Shown one piece after another: positions 18,383-28,152 of a stretch of DNA of 32,000 bases. Where the stretch lies: assembly GCF_000196355.1 (NCBI RefSeq), contig NC_007614.1, positions 2,610,001 through 2,642,000 of the forward strand, in the 5' to 3' direction. Both the position numbers and the translations under genes were made by a program. Below the pieces are notes generated by a model. It saw only the letters and a program-made list of their open reading frames with translations, did not search any database and was not told where the DNA came from. Source of the DNA: Nitrosospira multiformis ATCC 25196 (GTDB taxonomy: Bacteria; Pseudomonadota; Gammaproteobacteria; Burkholderiales; Nitrosomonadaceae). Each line of letters starts with the position of its first letter. The stretch's first letter is position 1.

Positions 18383-18574
18383 TCAACTGCCAAACGGTTG
18401 CCATAGCTCAACCGCAAGCATGAATATCCCTGGAATAGCAACACTTTTATCCCCTGTTTCAAGAGTTTTGGTAAACTCTCGCTTGCCAATCACTTCCTGA
18501 AGCTCGTCAGGGATGGCAATGCGGAACGAGAACGTATCTCCGCGTCTTTGCAGGTAAGGGATTTTTCTGGACAT
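18383..18574 (-). pseudogene. N-terminal remnant of a tyrosine-recombinase (phage/island integrase)
   Basis: From the ATG at 18574: MSRKIPYLQRRGDTFSFRIAIPDELQEVIGKREFTKTLETGD. This matches the N-terminal arm (YLxRRGxxaxFRxxaPxxL) of tRNA-associated integrases. It stops after about 64 aa. There is no room for a catalytic domain before the GH15 stop at 18229. It lies 98 nt from the 3' end of tRNA-Ser. Confidence 0.6.
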
Positions 18575-18585
18575 TGATCTGCGGG

Positions 18586-18604
18586 AGTGCTTTGTAGCAC
18601 TTTT
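18586..18604 (+). terminator. Small hairpin plus T-run (terminator-like) between the integrase remnant and the tRNA
   Basis: AGTGCT (18586..18591) pairs with AGCACT (18596..18601) around a TTGT loop, followed by TTTAT on the + strand. It sits in an AT-rich spacer. Confidence 0.3.
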
Positions 18605-18671
18605 ATGTAGCAAAACATAAAAACCTACAGACAATCAGAAAGTTATTGAATTAACAGTAACTTAGGAAGGT

Positions 18672-18764
18672 TGGCGGAGAGGGTGGGATTCGAACCCACG
18701 TGCCAGGTTACCCTGACCATCTGATTTCGAGTCAGCGCCGTTATGGCCACTTCGGTACCTCTCC
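18672..18764 (-). tRNA. tRNA-Ser (anticodon CGA), CCA encoded
   Basis: The 93-nt reverse strand reads GGAGAGGTACCGAAGTGGCCATAACGGCGCTGACTCGAAATCAGATGGTCAGGGTAACCTGGCACGTGGGTTCGAATCCCACCCTCTCCGCCA. Acceptor stem GGAGAGG/CCTCTCC of 7 bp. Anticodon loop CT-CGA-AA. Long variable arm (class II). T-arm GTGGG-TTCGAAT-CCCAC. Confidence 0.93.
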
Positions 18765-18860
18765 GTTGATGAACTATTTTATCAGCTTATCCTATGTTTT
18801 TCTCGCGCTTGGACAAGACTCGATGGCAGAATGTTTCCCGATTCTAGTTATCTCTTCTCA

Positions 18861-20267
18861 ATGCGATCTCTTTCTCGTTTTTTAATTGCTATTTTCGGTT
18901 GCGGCGCTCTGCTCGCTTCCTGTGATTCGTTTGAAAGATCGGTATTGCCGTTCGACAAAACGGATGAGCTGGTGGTGATCACCGTCAATAGCCCGGATAC
19001 GTATTACGAGAATGCAGAAGGCAGTTATGCCGGGCTGGATTACGACCTCGCCACTGAGTTTGCGAAAGAGCTGGGAATGAAAGTGAGATTCAAGACAGTG
19101 CCCAGACTGGATAAGGCATGGTCTCTCCTTGAAAAGCATAAAGGACACTTTGCCGCCGGCATGAATATCAGCGCAAAGCACTCGCGGCATGTCGCGTTCG
19201 GTCCGATTTACCAGCTCGTACAACCCCAGCTCGCCTATAACACGGACTACAACAAGCCGAAAAACCTTCATCAGCTCGGTGGAAGAACCATTCGCATTGC
19301 GAAAGGCGTAACCCATGCTGAACAGCTGAACAAGGCAAAGCACGAGGTGCCCGAGCTGAAATGGAAAGAGATGGACCTCACGCCCGACGAACTGCTGGCG
19401 AGACTGGCGGAAGGCAAGGTCGATTATGTGGTAGCGGATTCAACCCAGATCAATCTCGCGAAGAATTTTTATCCTAATCTGAATGCAGCATTCAATTTGG
19501 GCGATTCGGTAGGACGAGCATGGGCATTTTCACCCTTTGCCGAACAGGCGTTACTGGAGGCGACACAAAAATTCTTCACGCGCATCCAGCAGGATGGGAC
19601 GTTGACGCGCCTGCTCGACCGATACTACGGACACATAGAACGTCTTCATCATACGGATGTAAACGGCATTCTTGCGAAACGCCGCACCATTTTGCCTGAA
19701 TTGCGCGAACATTTTTATGAAGCCGAAGAGTTGAGCGGGATCGACTGGAGATTGATTGCGGCACTCGCCTATCAGGAATCGCACTGGGACGCCCTGGCGA
19801 CTTCTCCCTCCAACGTGCGCGGCATCATGATGTTGACGGAAATCACGGCAGACCGGATGAAAGTGACGGATAGACTGGATGCACGGCAAAGCATACTTGC
19901 GGGAGCGCGCTACTTCGCATTACTCAAGGATAAACTGCCCACACGCATCAAGGAGCCGGATCGCACCTGGATGGCACTGGCTGCCTATAATCAGGGGCCG
20001 AGTCACCTGGAAGATGCCCGGATACTGGCGCAAAAGATGGGGTTGAGCCCTGATGCTTGGGTCGACCTGAAAAAAACGCTGCCGTTGCTGAGCCAAAGCG
20101 AACACTTCCGTACTCTCAGGCATGGTTTTGCGCGCGGAGGTCAAGCAGTTGTACTGGCGGAATCAGTACGGATCTATTATGAGATTTTGCAGAAATACGA
20201 ACCTCCATATTCTTGGGGTTTTCCCATCGTTGCCAGAAAGGAGGATGATTCCTGGCAGGAGTTCTGA
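18861..20267 (+). CDS. mltF: Membrane-bound lytic murein transglycosylase F
   Basis: I trimmed to the ATG at 18861: MRSLSRFLIAIFGCGALLASC, with lipobox LLASC. The N-terminal domain resembles a periplasmic solute-binding protein. The C-terminal SLT domain has the catalytic AYQESHWD and AYNQG motifs. Confidence 0.88.
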   Translation: MRSLSRFLIAIFGCGALLASCDSFERSVLPFDKTDELVVITVNSPDTYYENAEGSYAGLDYDLATEFAKELGMKVRFKTVPRLDKAWSLLEKHKGHFAAGMNISAKHSRHVAFGPIYQLVQPQLAYNTDYNKPKNLHQLGGRTIRIAKGVTHAEQLNKAKHEVPELKWKEMDLTPDELLARLAEGKVDYVVADSTQINLAKNFYPNLNAAFNLGDSVGRAWAFSPFAEQALLEATQKFFTRIQQDGTLTRLLDRYYGHIERLHHTDVNGILAKRRTILPELREHFYEAEELSGIDWRLIAALAYQESHWDALATSPSNVRGIMMLTEITADRMKVTDRLDARQSILAGARYFALLKDKLPTRIKEPDRTWMALAAYNQGPSHLEDARILAQKMGLSPDAWVDLKKTLPLLSQSEHFRTLRHGFARGGQAVVLAESVRIYYEILQKYEPPYSWGFPIVARKEDDSWQEF

Positions 20268-20408
20268 TGCCTTCTTTCACGGGCAACAATCCGTCTCAAG
20301 GCAATAATGGACAGCAAACAATAGTTGTTGAGCGATTGCAGCAGGCAGGCTATATTGAACCGGTTTCCTACGAAATTCCCATCGATGTTTTAACTCACGG
20401 AGAATGCC

Positions 20409-21047
20409 ATGACCTTACGCTTAGGCGATACCGCCCCCGATTTCGAACAGGAATCCTCCATTGGCAGGATCAAATTTCACGAATGGATAGATGATTCCTG
20501 GGCAGTATTGTTTTCTCATCCCGCGGATTACACGCCAGTGTGCACAACCGAGCTGGGAATGACAGCCAAGCTCAAGTCTGAATTCGACAAACGTAATGTG
20601 AAGGCGATCGGGTTGTCGGTGGATCCTGCGGCAAAACATACCGGATGGATCAAGGATATCGAGGAAACGCAAGGTTGTACCGTCGCTTTTCCCATTATTG
20701 CGGACGAAGACAGAAAGGTCGCGGCACTATATGACATGATTCACCCGAATCAGTCGGAAACCATGACAGTGCGCTCGCTTTTTGTGATCGACCCGAAGAA
20801 GAAAGTGCGGCTTATCCTCACCTACCCCATGAGCACCGGACGCAATTTCGATGAGGTGCTGCGGGTGATCGATGCGCTGCAATTGACCGATAACTATACG
20901 GTCGCCACCCCGGCCAACTGGAATGACGGCGGTGATGTGATTATCCCGCTGACTATCCAGGATGAGGCAGTGATCAAGCAGAAGTTTCCGAAAGGCTATA
21001 CCGCTCCACGTCCCTATCTGCGCATCACGCCCCAGCCGAATAAATAA
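20409..21047 (+). CDS. 1-Cys peroxiredoxin (Prx6 subfamily)
   Basis: 212 aa. MTLRLGDTAPDFE, then FSHPADYTPVCTTELG with the peroxidatic Cys in the PVCTTE motif. Length and C-terminal extension fit Prx6-type enzymes. Confidence 0.9.
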   Translation: MTLRLGDTAPDFEQESSIGRIKFHEWIDDSWAVLFSHPADYTPVCTTELGMTAKLKSEFDKRNVKAIGLSVDPAAKHTGWIKDIEETQGCTVAFPIIADEDRKVAALYDMIHPNQSETMTVRSLFVIDPKKKVRLILTYPMSTGRNFDEVLRVIDALQLTDNYTVATPANWNDGGDVIIPLTIQDEAVIKQKFPKGYTAPRPYLRITPQPNK

Positions 21048-21217
21048 ACCCGGGCCCGAATAGTAGCATTGGCTGGCCGCCAAACACCGTTACCCTTATC
21101 AGGTGGAGCCCGGCTTACGGTATGCAGCTCAGGAGTCCGCCTCTGCCCGGGGTCGACCCTGGGTAAAGTCCAGTCTGATATTGAATGCTTCTTGCAGAAT
21201 ACCCGCCCGTAATAACT

Positions 21218-22636
21218 TCACTCTGCGCCGGGTAGATTCCCCTCCGGCTGGAACCAGGCGAGTTTTCGGTGCAGATTCACAACCTCCCCCACGATAACGA
21301 GAGTGGGGGGAACGAGATGGGCGGCAGCGGTCAACTCGGGAAGCGTTTCGAGGGTAGCGGCAAGCACCCGCTGCTTGCGGGTGGTGCCCTGCTGCACGAT
21401 TGCAGCGGGAGTGTTATTGGGCAGACCGTGTGCGATCAGTTGTTTGCATAGCACGGTCAATCCAAGCAATCCCATGTAAACCACGATGGTCTGCTTCGGT
21501 CGCGCCAGCATTGGCCAGTCCAGATCCACACTGCCATCCTTCAGGTGTCCGGTAACGAATATACAGGACTGGGCGTAATCCCGATGTGTGAGCGGAATGC
21601 CTGCATAGGATGCAGCCCCATTAGCAGCAGTAATGCCGGGCACCACTTCGAAGGGAATTCCGTGTCCCGCAAGCGTTTCGATTTCCTCGCCACCGCGACC
21701 AAAAATAAACGGGTCTCCACCTTTCAGGCGCAACACGCGCTTGCCTTCCTTAGCCAGGCGCACCAGCAAATCATTGATCGACTCCTGCGGCATCGTGTGG
21801 CGGTTACGTTCCTTGCCGGCATAAATCCGGGGAGTATCGCGCCGCAGCATATCCAGGATTTCCGGTGACACGAGCCTATCGTACACGACCACGTCTGCCT
21901 GCTGCATGAGTCGCATGGCCCTAAAAGTCAGCAGTTCAGGGTCGCCGGGCCCGGCCCCTACCAGATACACCTCTCCCTTGACCGGTTCTTCGGTTTCATT
22001 TTCGAGCTCACGCTCGAGCCAGGCCTTTGCTGCCTGATCCTTGCCTGCGAACACCATTTCCGCAAACGGTCCCTGCAATACCCGCTCCCAGAACCGGCGG
22101 CGCTGGGCCGGCTGCGAAAAACGATGTTTTACCCTGTCGCGGAACTCGCCAGCGTATGCAGCCAGGCGTCCGTAAGCCATAGGGATCATGGTTTCCAGAC
22201 GCGCTCGCAGCAGCCTTGTCAGAACAGGGGATGCACCCCCGCTCGAAACCGCGACAACAACCGGCGTCCGATCCACGATCGACGGCATGATGAAGGAGCA
22301 TAGGCCAGGATTATCGACGACATTGACAGGAATGCGCAGCCGCTTGGCTGCTTCCGAGATTCTTTGATTGACGGCGAAATCATCCGTGGCCGCGATGACG
22401 AGAACAGCGTCTGCCAGATGCTCGTCCTGGAAAGTTTCGGCACGGTAAGCCAGCTTTCCTTCCCGTGATTGTTCATTCAGTTGTTCCAGCAGTTCGGAAC
22501 AAAGCCGCGGAGCGACTACGGTAACGTGCGCTCCTGCGCGTAGCAGCATTGCGACCTTGCGCGCGGCGACTTCTCCTCCGCCTGCCACCACACAGTTGCG
22601 ATCATGGATATCGAGAAAAATCGGCAGGAAATTCAC
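21218..22636 (-). CDS. cysG: Siroheme synthase (precorrin-2 dehydrogenase/ferrochelatase + uroporphyrinogen-III C-methyltransferase)
   Basis: N-terminal NAD domain (NFLPIFLDIHDRNCVVAGGGEVAARK) and C-terminal SUMT domain (VYLVGAGPGDPELLT, RLKGGDPFIFGRGGEE). I place the start at the GTG at 22636, because homologues begin 2-3 aa before LPIF. The track ATG at 22726 would add 30 aa and is the alternative. Confidence 0.85.
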   Translation of the reverse strand: MNFLPIFLDIHDRNCVVAGGGEVAARKVAMLLRAGAHVTVVAPRLCSELLEQLNEQSREGKLAYRAETFQDEHLADAVLVIAATDDFAVNQRISEAAKRLRIPVNVVDNPGLCSFIMPSIVDRTPVVVAVSSGGASPVLTRLLRARLETMIPMAYGRLAAYAGEFRDRVKHRFSQPAQRRRFWERVLQGPFAEMVFAGKDQAAKAWLERELENETEEPVKGEVYLVGAGPGDPELLTFRAMRLMQQADVVVYDRLVSPEILDMLRRDTPRIYAGKERNRHTMPQESINDLLVRLAKEGKRVLRLKGGDPFIFGRGGEEIETLAGHGIPFEVVPGITAANGAASYAGIPLTHRDYAQSCIFVTGHLKDGSVDLDWPMLARPKQTIVVYMGLLGLTVLCKQLIAHGLPNNTPAAIVQQGTTRKQRVLAATLETLPELTAAAHLVPPTLVIVGEVVNLHRKLAWFQPEGNLPGAE

Positions 22637-22838
22637 TTTTTTGGCTTGAATGAGGAAGAAGTCTTTTCCATACTTTACCCGAAAATACTCTTCCGGGTTA
22701 GGGCGCCGTGAACCTGGCTGCAGCATGGCCGGTTGTATCAGTCGAGGTTATGAATTTGGCTTCTTTTCCAGGTAAATTTTTCATACCGCGCCTTATTTGC
22801 TATGATGCATTCTCTCGCTTCGTGCGAACCGCCTCTTC

Positions 22839-23678
22839 ATGCTCAATATCGATCTGCACTGCCATTCCACGGTTTCCGATGGTTTACTGACTCCTACCCA
22901 GTTGGTGGAGCATGCGGCTGCGCGCGGGGTGGAGGTGCTGGCGCTGACCGATCACGATGATATCGGCGGCCTGGAGGAGGCGCGCAAGGCTGCGGATAAA
23001 AACGGCGTTCTGTTTATCGATGGCGTGGAAATCTCCGTCAGTTGGCGTGGACAGACTGTGCATATCGTGGGGCTGGGAATCGATCCCGCTGACCCCCAAC
23101 TGGTCGAAGGCCTGAGTACCATCCGCCAGGGCAGGACGATGCGCGCACGCAATATTGCAGCCCAACTAGACAAATTCGGTATTCACGGCAGTTTCGAGGG
23201 TGCCCGCAGGAATGCGGGCAATGGACTGATCGGCCGCATGCACTTTGCGCGTTTTCTGGTTGAGCAGGGTTATGCGAAGGATGTGCGAACGGTATTCAAG
23301 AAATATCTTGTAAAAGGTAAACCAGGCTATGCTCCCCATCAATGGGTCTCGCTGAGTGAGGCAGTAAACTGGATCCGCAGCAGTGGCGGCAGAGCTGTGA
23401 TCGCCCATCCGGGACGTTATAAATTAGGCAAGGATGCACTGGAAGAACTGCTGCTGGAGTTTCAGACCCTGGGCGGGGAAGCTATAGAAGTGGTCACCGG
23501 TAGCCATACATTCGAACAATCCCTGCTTTTCGCCAACCATAGCCGACGCCTGGGATTACTGGCCTCGCGCGGGTCCGATTTTCATGGGCCGGGCGAGAGT
23601 TATTTCGACCTCGGTGGAATGCCTCCTTTACCTGCCAACTGTGCCCCTGTCTGGCATGACTGGTCCGGGCTGATGTAA
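22839..23678 (+). CDS. trpH: PHP-domain phosphoesterase (TrpH/YciV, RNase AM-like)
   Basis: 279 aa. MLNIDLHCHSTVSDG metal-binding start, LALTDHD, and AHPGRY. It is followed by a yciO-like gene, as in enterobacterial trpH-yciO. Confidence 0.8.
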   Translation: MLNIDLHCHSTVSDGLLTPTQLVEHAAARGVEVLALTDHDDIGGLEEARKAADKNGVLFIDGVEISVSWRGQTVHIVGLGIDPADPQLVEGLSTIRQGRTMRARNIAAQLDKFGIHGSFEGARRNAGNGLIGRMHFARFLVEQGYAKDVRTVFKKYLVKGKPGYAPHQWVSLSEAVNWIRSSGGRAVIAHPGRYKLGKDALEELLLEFQTLGGEAIEVVTGSHTFEQSLLFANHSRRLGLLASRGSDFHGPGESYFDLGGMPPLPANCAPVWHDWSGLM

Positions 23679-23741
23679 GGCGAAAATCGCGTCCACTTTT
23701 TATGAGAGCGGCATTCCAAAAATTCAAATTTCTGTTGCTAC

Positions 23742-24374
23742 GTGGCCCAATTCTTTTCCATTCACCCCGATAATCCCCAGCCGCGGCTGATACGGCAGAC
23801 TGCGGCCATCGTGCGGGCGGGGGGCGTGATCGTATGTCCGACTGATTCCTGTTACGCGCTGGGGGGGCAGCTGGGCGACAAGAACGTCATGAGCCGTATT
23901 CGCGCACTGCGCGGAGTGGATGAGGATCACCATTTCACCCTCATGTGCCGGGACTTTACGGAAATCTCGCGCTACGCCAAATTCGATAACACCGAATACC
24001 GGTTGCTCAGGGCCTGCACCCCGGGTTGCTACACATTTATCTTTCAGGCTACCCGGGAGGTGCCGCGGCGCCTGCTGCATCCCAGGCGCAATACGATCGG
24101 TATGAGAATTCCGGACCAGGCTGTCGTCCAGGCACTGCTGGCGGAACTGAATGAACCCCTGCTGAGCTCTACCCTGATACTGCCGGGGGAGGCGCTTCCA
24201 CTTAACGATCCTCTGGAAATCCGTGCACGTCTCGAGCATCAGGTGGAGCTGATACTGGATAGCGGCGCCTGCGGCCTGGAGATGAGCACGGTGGTTGATC
24301 TGACCGGGGATACGCCTGTGGTAGTCCGGCAAGGCAAAGGTAGCCTCGCACCCTTTGGAATGCCGAATGGATAG
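23742..24374 (+). CDS. yciO: Sua5/YciO/YrdC-family protein (YciO-like, single domain)
   Basis: 210 aa. VIVCPTDSCYALG, then SRIRALRGVDEDHHFTLMC, and STVVDLTGD near the C-terminus. No Sua5 C-terminal domain. Confidence 0.8.
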   Translation: MAQFFSIHPDNPQPRLIRQTAAIVRAGGVIVCPTDSCYALGGQLGDKNVMSRIRALRGVDEDHHFTLMCRDFTEISRYAKFDNTEYRLLRACTPGCYTFIFQATREVPRRLLHPRRNTIGMRIPDQAVVQALLAELNEPLLSSTLILPGEALPLNDPLEIRARLEHQVELILDSGACGLEMSTVVDLTGDTPVVVRQGKGSLAPFGMPNG

Positions 24375-25017
24375 CATTATCCAGAGCATAGCCATTTATG
24401 CGCTTCCGGTCATTTTTGCCATCACGCTGCATGAAGCTGCACACGGTTATGTGGCCAAGCATTTCGGCGATCTCACCGCCTATACGCAGGGGCGCGTCAG
24501 CCTTAATCCCATACGCCATATCGACCCGCTGGGGACCATCGTTCTGCCGATCGTGACGATGCTGCTCGGGGGAATCCTGTTCGGCTGGGCCAAGCCGGTG
24601 CCAGTCAACTTCTCCGCGTTGCGCAATCCCAAGCAGGACATGATGTGGGTGGCACTCGCCGGGCCGGGCGCCAATCTCTTCATGGCAATACTTTGGGGAT
24701 TCGTCATCAAGTTTGCTCTCGGGTTGCCACAGGACGGACTGGCCGAACCCCTGATATTGATGGGTGAGGCAGGAATCAAAATCAACGTCGTGCTGATGGT
24801 GCTGAATCTCTTGCCTCTGCCACCGCTCGATGGAGGCCGGGTTGCGGTAAGCCTGCTGCCGCCCCGCCTGGCCTATAATTTTTCGAAGATCGAGCCTTAC
24901 GGCTTCATGATCCTTTTGTTTCTGCTGGCGACGGGCGTACTCGGGGCTGTTATGGGACCGCTGATTGCAATCACGATCCATTTGATGGCGTTGTTTTTTG
25001 GTTTCGCTACTTATTGA
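24367..25017 (+). CDS. Site-2 protease family (M50-like) membrane zinc metalloprotease
   Basis: Start MDSIIQSIAIYALPVIFAITLHEAAHGY places the HExxH inside TM1. Multiple TM helices follow. LNLLPLPPLDGG is the second metal-ligand motif. Its ATG overlaps the yciO stop (ATGGATAG). Confidence 0.8.
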   Translation: MDSIIQSIAIYALPVIFAITLHEAAHGYVAKHFGDLTAYTQGRVSLNPIRHIDPLGTIVLPIVTMLLGGILFGWAKPVPVNFSALRNPKQDMMWVALAGPGANLFMAILWGFVIKFALGLPQDGLAEPLILMGEAGIKINVVLMVLNLLPLPPLDGGRVAVSLLPPRLAYNFSKIEPYGFMILLFLLATGVLGAVMGPLIAITIHLMALFFGFATY

Positions 25018-25067
25018 ACTGCTTCTCTACATAAGGATTCTGATTGGAGTTACCGAGGCAATGATCT

Positions 25068-26270
25068 ATGTTCGCTGATCGTGTTTTGTCGGGAATGCGG
25101 CCGACGGGAGGCCTGCATCTGGGGCATTATCATGGGGTGCTCAAAAACTGGATAGAACTGCAACACCAGTTTGAGTGCCTGTTCTTTGTCGCCGACTGGC
25201 ATGCCCTCACAACCCATTACGATACGCCGGAAATCATCGAAGAGCATGTCTGGGACATGGTGATCGACTGGCTTGCAGCCGGTGTCGACCCGGCCCAGGC
25301 GACGTTGTTCATACAGTCGCGTGTTCCCGCACACGCAGAGTTGCACGTGCTGCTTTCCATGATCACCCCGCTCGGCTGGCTGGAACGTGTCCCGTCCTAC
25401 AAGGATCAGCAGGAAAAGCTGGTTGAAAAAGAATTGAACACATATGGCTTCCTTGGATACCCCTTGCTGCAAAGCGCGGACATCCTTATTTACCGGGCTA
25501 CACGAGTGCCGGTGGGAGAGGATCAAACGCCGCATATCGAGTTCACCCGGGAAATTGCGCGACGCTTTAATCATGTCTACGGCAAGGAGCCTGGATTCCA
25601 GGAAAAGGCGGAAGCGGCGATCAAGAAACTGGGGTCCCGAAAAGCCCGCCTCTATCGGGACTTGAGGAATCGCTATCAGGAACAGGGAGACGACGAAGCG
25701 CTTGCGGCGGCGAAGTCATTGCTGGATGAGCAGCAAAATTTGAGCATGGGTGACCAGGAACGCTTGTTCGGGTATCTGGAAGGCGGTGGAAAGATGATTC
25801 TTTCCGAGCCGGAAGCGATGCTGACGAAAGCGTCGAAAATGCCAGGGCTGGACGGGCAGAAGATGTCCAAGTCTTATAACAACACCATTACCCTGCGTGA
25901 AGATCCGGAGAGCGTCACGAGAAAGATTCGTACGATGCCGACCGACCCCGCCCGGGTGCGGCGTACCGACCCCGGAACCCCGGAGAAGTGCCCGGTATGG
26001 CAATTCCATCTCGTATACTCGGACGAAGATACGAAGAGGTGGGCTTATGAGGGCTGTATCACTGCTGGTATCGGCTGTCTGGACTGCAAGCAGCCTGTCA
26101 TCGATGCAATACTGACCGAGCAGCGGCCAATGCATCAACGCGCGCGCATGTACGAAGAAGAGCCTTCACTGGTGCGAAATATCATTGCTGACGGTTGCGA
26201 GAGGGCCGATAAGCTGGCACAGGAAACCATGCGTGAGGTGAGAGAGGCAATGGGACTGGATTATTCCTGA
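25068..26270 (+). CDS. trpS: Tryptophan--tRNA ligase (long form, ~70-aa insertion)
   Basis: 400 aa. Class I signatures GGLHLGHY (HIGH-type) and KMSKS, plus GYPLLQSADIL and VPVGEDQTPHIE. Confidence 0.92.
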   Translation: MFADRVLSGMRPTGGLHLGHYHGVLKNWIELQHQFECLFFVADWHALTTHYDTPEIIEEHVWDMVIDWLAAGVDPAQATLFIQSRVPAHAELHVLLSMITPLGWLERVPSYKDQQEKLVEKELNTYGFLGYPLLQSADILIYRATRVPVGEDQTPHIEFTREIARRFNHVYGKEPGFQEKAEAAIKKLGSRKARLYRDLRNRYQEQGDDEALAAAKSLLDEQQNLSMGDQERLFGYLEGGGKMILSEPEAMLTKASKMPGLDGQKMSKSYNNTITLREDPESVTRKIRTMPTDPARVRRTDPGTPEKCPVWQFHLVYSDEDTKRWAYEGCITAGIGCLDCKQPVIDAILTEQRPMHQRARMYEEEPSLVRNIIADGCERADKLAQETMREVREAMGLDYS

Positions 26271-26353
26271 TTTTTGCTTTGCGCGGGCACATGGGCAATG
26301 CAGCCGCATCGACGCGTGCTATCTGTCATAGACGTTGCTCGACTTACCCAAGA

Positions 26354-27202
26354 ATGAACGACTTTCAAAGCCTTTCCACAGAGGAATCTCCTGCCCCGGC
26401 AGGGACAAATCCTGCGGTAAATCCCATTGCCCGGATACATGGCGAGCCGGTGACGGAGATCCCATCGGATTTATATATTCCACCGGATGCGCTGGAAGTA
26501 TTTCTCGATACGTTTCAGGGGCCACTGGACCTGCTGCTTTATCTTATTCGCAAGCACAATCTGGATGTACTCGATATAGCGATGGCGGAACTCACGCGTC
26601 AATATTTGGCTTATATCGAAATGATGCGTGCGAATAAACTGGAACTGGCTGCGGAATACCTTTTGATGGCGGCTGTGCTGATCGAAATCAAGTCGCGGAT
26701 GTTACTGCCTAAGCCCGTTGCCAAGGGGAATGAGGATGAGGTCGACCCGCGAGCAGAACTGGTGCGGCGTCTGCTGGAATACGAGCAGATGAAGGTCGCC
26801 GGGCAGAAGCTCAACAAGTTGCCCCAGGCAGAACGCGATTTTGCGCTGACAAACGTATGGATCGAGCAAAAGGTGATTGAACGCCTGCCGGAAGTCAATG
26901 CCGATGATCTTCGCAATGCGTGGCTTATCCTGATGGCGCGCCTGAACGTAAATCGCAGGCACAATATCACGCGGGAAGAACTTTCAGTCCGCGAACATAT
27001 GACCCGTATCCTGCGGCATGTGCAGGGACACCATTTTGTGGAATTCAGCGATTTATTTAATGCCGCTGCCGGAGCAGCGGAGCTTGTGGTGACGTTTCTG
27101 GCGTTATTGGAGCTTGTGAAGGAACGCCAGGTGGAGGTCAGTCAGCCGTCCGCTTTTGGAATGATTTATGTCCGACCGATCAGCGTCCTTACCACCGTCT
27201 AA
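26354..27202 (+). CDS. scpA: Segregation and condensation protein A
   Basis: I trimmed to the ATG at 26354 (MNDFQSL). [32 protein letters not shown] is the canonical ScpA N-terminal region. C-terminal winged helix [13 protein letters not shown]. Confidence 0.88.
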   Translation: MNDFQSLSTEESPAPAGTNPAVNPIARIHGEPVTEIPSDLYIPPDALEVFLDTFQGPLDLLLYLIRKHNLDVLDIAMAELTRQYLAYIEMMRANKLELAAEYLLMAAVLIEIKSRMLLPKPVAKGNEDEVDPRAELVRRLLEYEQMKVAGQKLNKLPQAERDFALTNVWIEQKVIERLPEVNADDLRNAWLILMARLNVNRRHNITREELSVREHMTRILRHVQGHHFVEFSDLFNAAAGAAELVVTFLALLELVKERQVEVSQPSAFGMIYVRPISVLTTV

Positions 27203-27803
27203 TTTCTCCGTTTCATCCCCTGCTCAGGTTAAAAAGGTTCTGGAAGCTGCATTACTTACCAGCCCGGAACCCCTCCCTCTGGCGGAACTGAAAAAACTGT
27301 TCGCGGGTGAACTGGGCTCGGAAATCCTGCGGCGCCTGCTGGACGAGTTGAACAGAGACTGGGAAGGAAGAGGGGTGGAACTCGTGCAGGTCGCAGGCGG
27401 GTGGCGCTTTCAGGCTCGAGCGGAAATGCAGGAATTTCTCGACCGCCTCAATCCGCAAAAGCCACCCCGCTATTCGCGGGCGGTATTGGAAACGCTCGCC
27501 ATCATTGCGTATCGCCAGCCGGCGACGCGCGGGGATATCGAGGAGATACGGGGCGTTGCGGTCGCAAGTTCAGTGCTAAAGGCACTGGAATCAAGAGGCT
27601 GGATATCTGCCGTCGGTCACCGTGAGGTACCGGGTCGACCCATCTTGTATGCTACGACCGTTGAATTTCTTAATGATCTTGGACTTCGCTCCCTGGAAGA
27701 ATTGCCGCCATTGGAAGAACTGGGCTCACTGATTGAACCGAAGGAAAGCGTGGAACAACTGCCTGATCCAGAGAACATGCCCCAACCAGGCAATCCCGAT
27801 TGA
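27168..27803 (+). CDS. scpB: Segregation and condensation protein B
   Basis: 211 aa. [46 protein letters not shown] and [13 protein letters not shown]. Overlaps the scpA end by 35 nt. Confidence 0.88.
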   Translation: MSDRSASLPPSNFSVSSPAQVKKVLEAALLTSPEPLPLAELKKLFAGELGSEILRRLLDELNRDWEGRGVELVQVAGGWRFQARAEMQEFLDRLNPQKPPRYSRAVLETLAIIAYRQPATRGDIEEIRGVAVASSVLKALESRGWISAVGHREVPGRPILYATTVEFLNDLGLRSLEELPPLEELGSLIEPKESVEQLPDPENMPQPGNPD

Positions 27804-28152
27804 ACATGAGGGGGCCAGGAGGAGTTATGGCTCAATTGTAATTCAAGGCAGCCTTCCTTCCGGAAAGACTGCATTTCGCCTTTCTCCCTTCCCCTCTTCT
27901 GATCATGAACTCCCCGCCGTATTTTTGCTTCCGGCTGTATTGCCTGGTTTTCCCTGCGCCCTGACCTGGAGGGCGGTATCTGCCTGTCGAAGGGAGCGGC
28001 GCGGGGATGCCCTGTAAAGGAACGCATGCTGTCAAGGCAGGCAGGTCGGGGCGTCAGCGGGCAGCTGAACCTGCCCGGACTGCTCCAAGGGCGCTCAAGG
28101 GGGATGGCGCTCCCTTCGCCCCGATCCTGGCATCCTTTCCACTACCGCTTGG

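Noticed and set aside
27804-28152. ORFs 27733..28017(+), 27617..28027(-) and 27832..28035(-), plus GC-rich hairpins (GGGCAG-CTGAAC-CTGCCC at about 28060..28077), in the gap between scpB and copD
   Set aside because: The ORF products are low-complexity with no motifs. The hairpins lack U-tracts. I treat the gap as a junction or non-coding region (see the compositional finding) rather than as genes.
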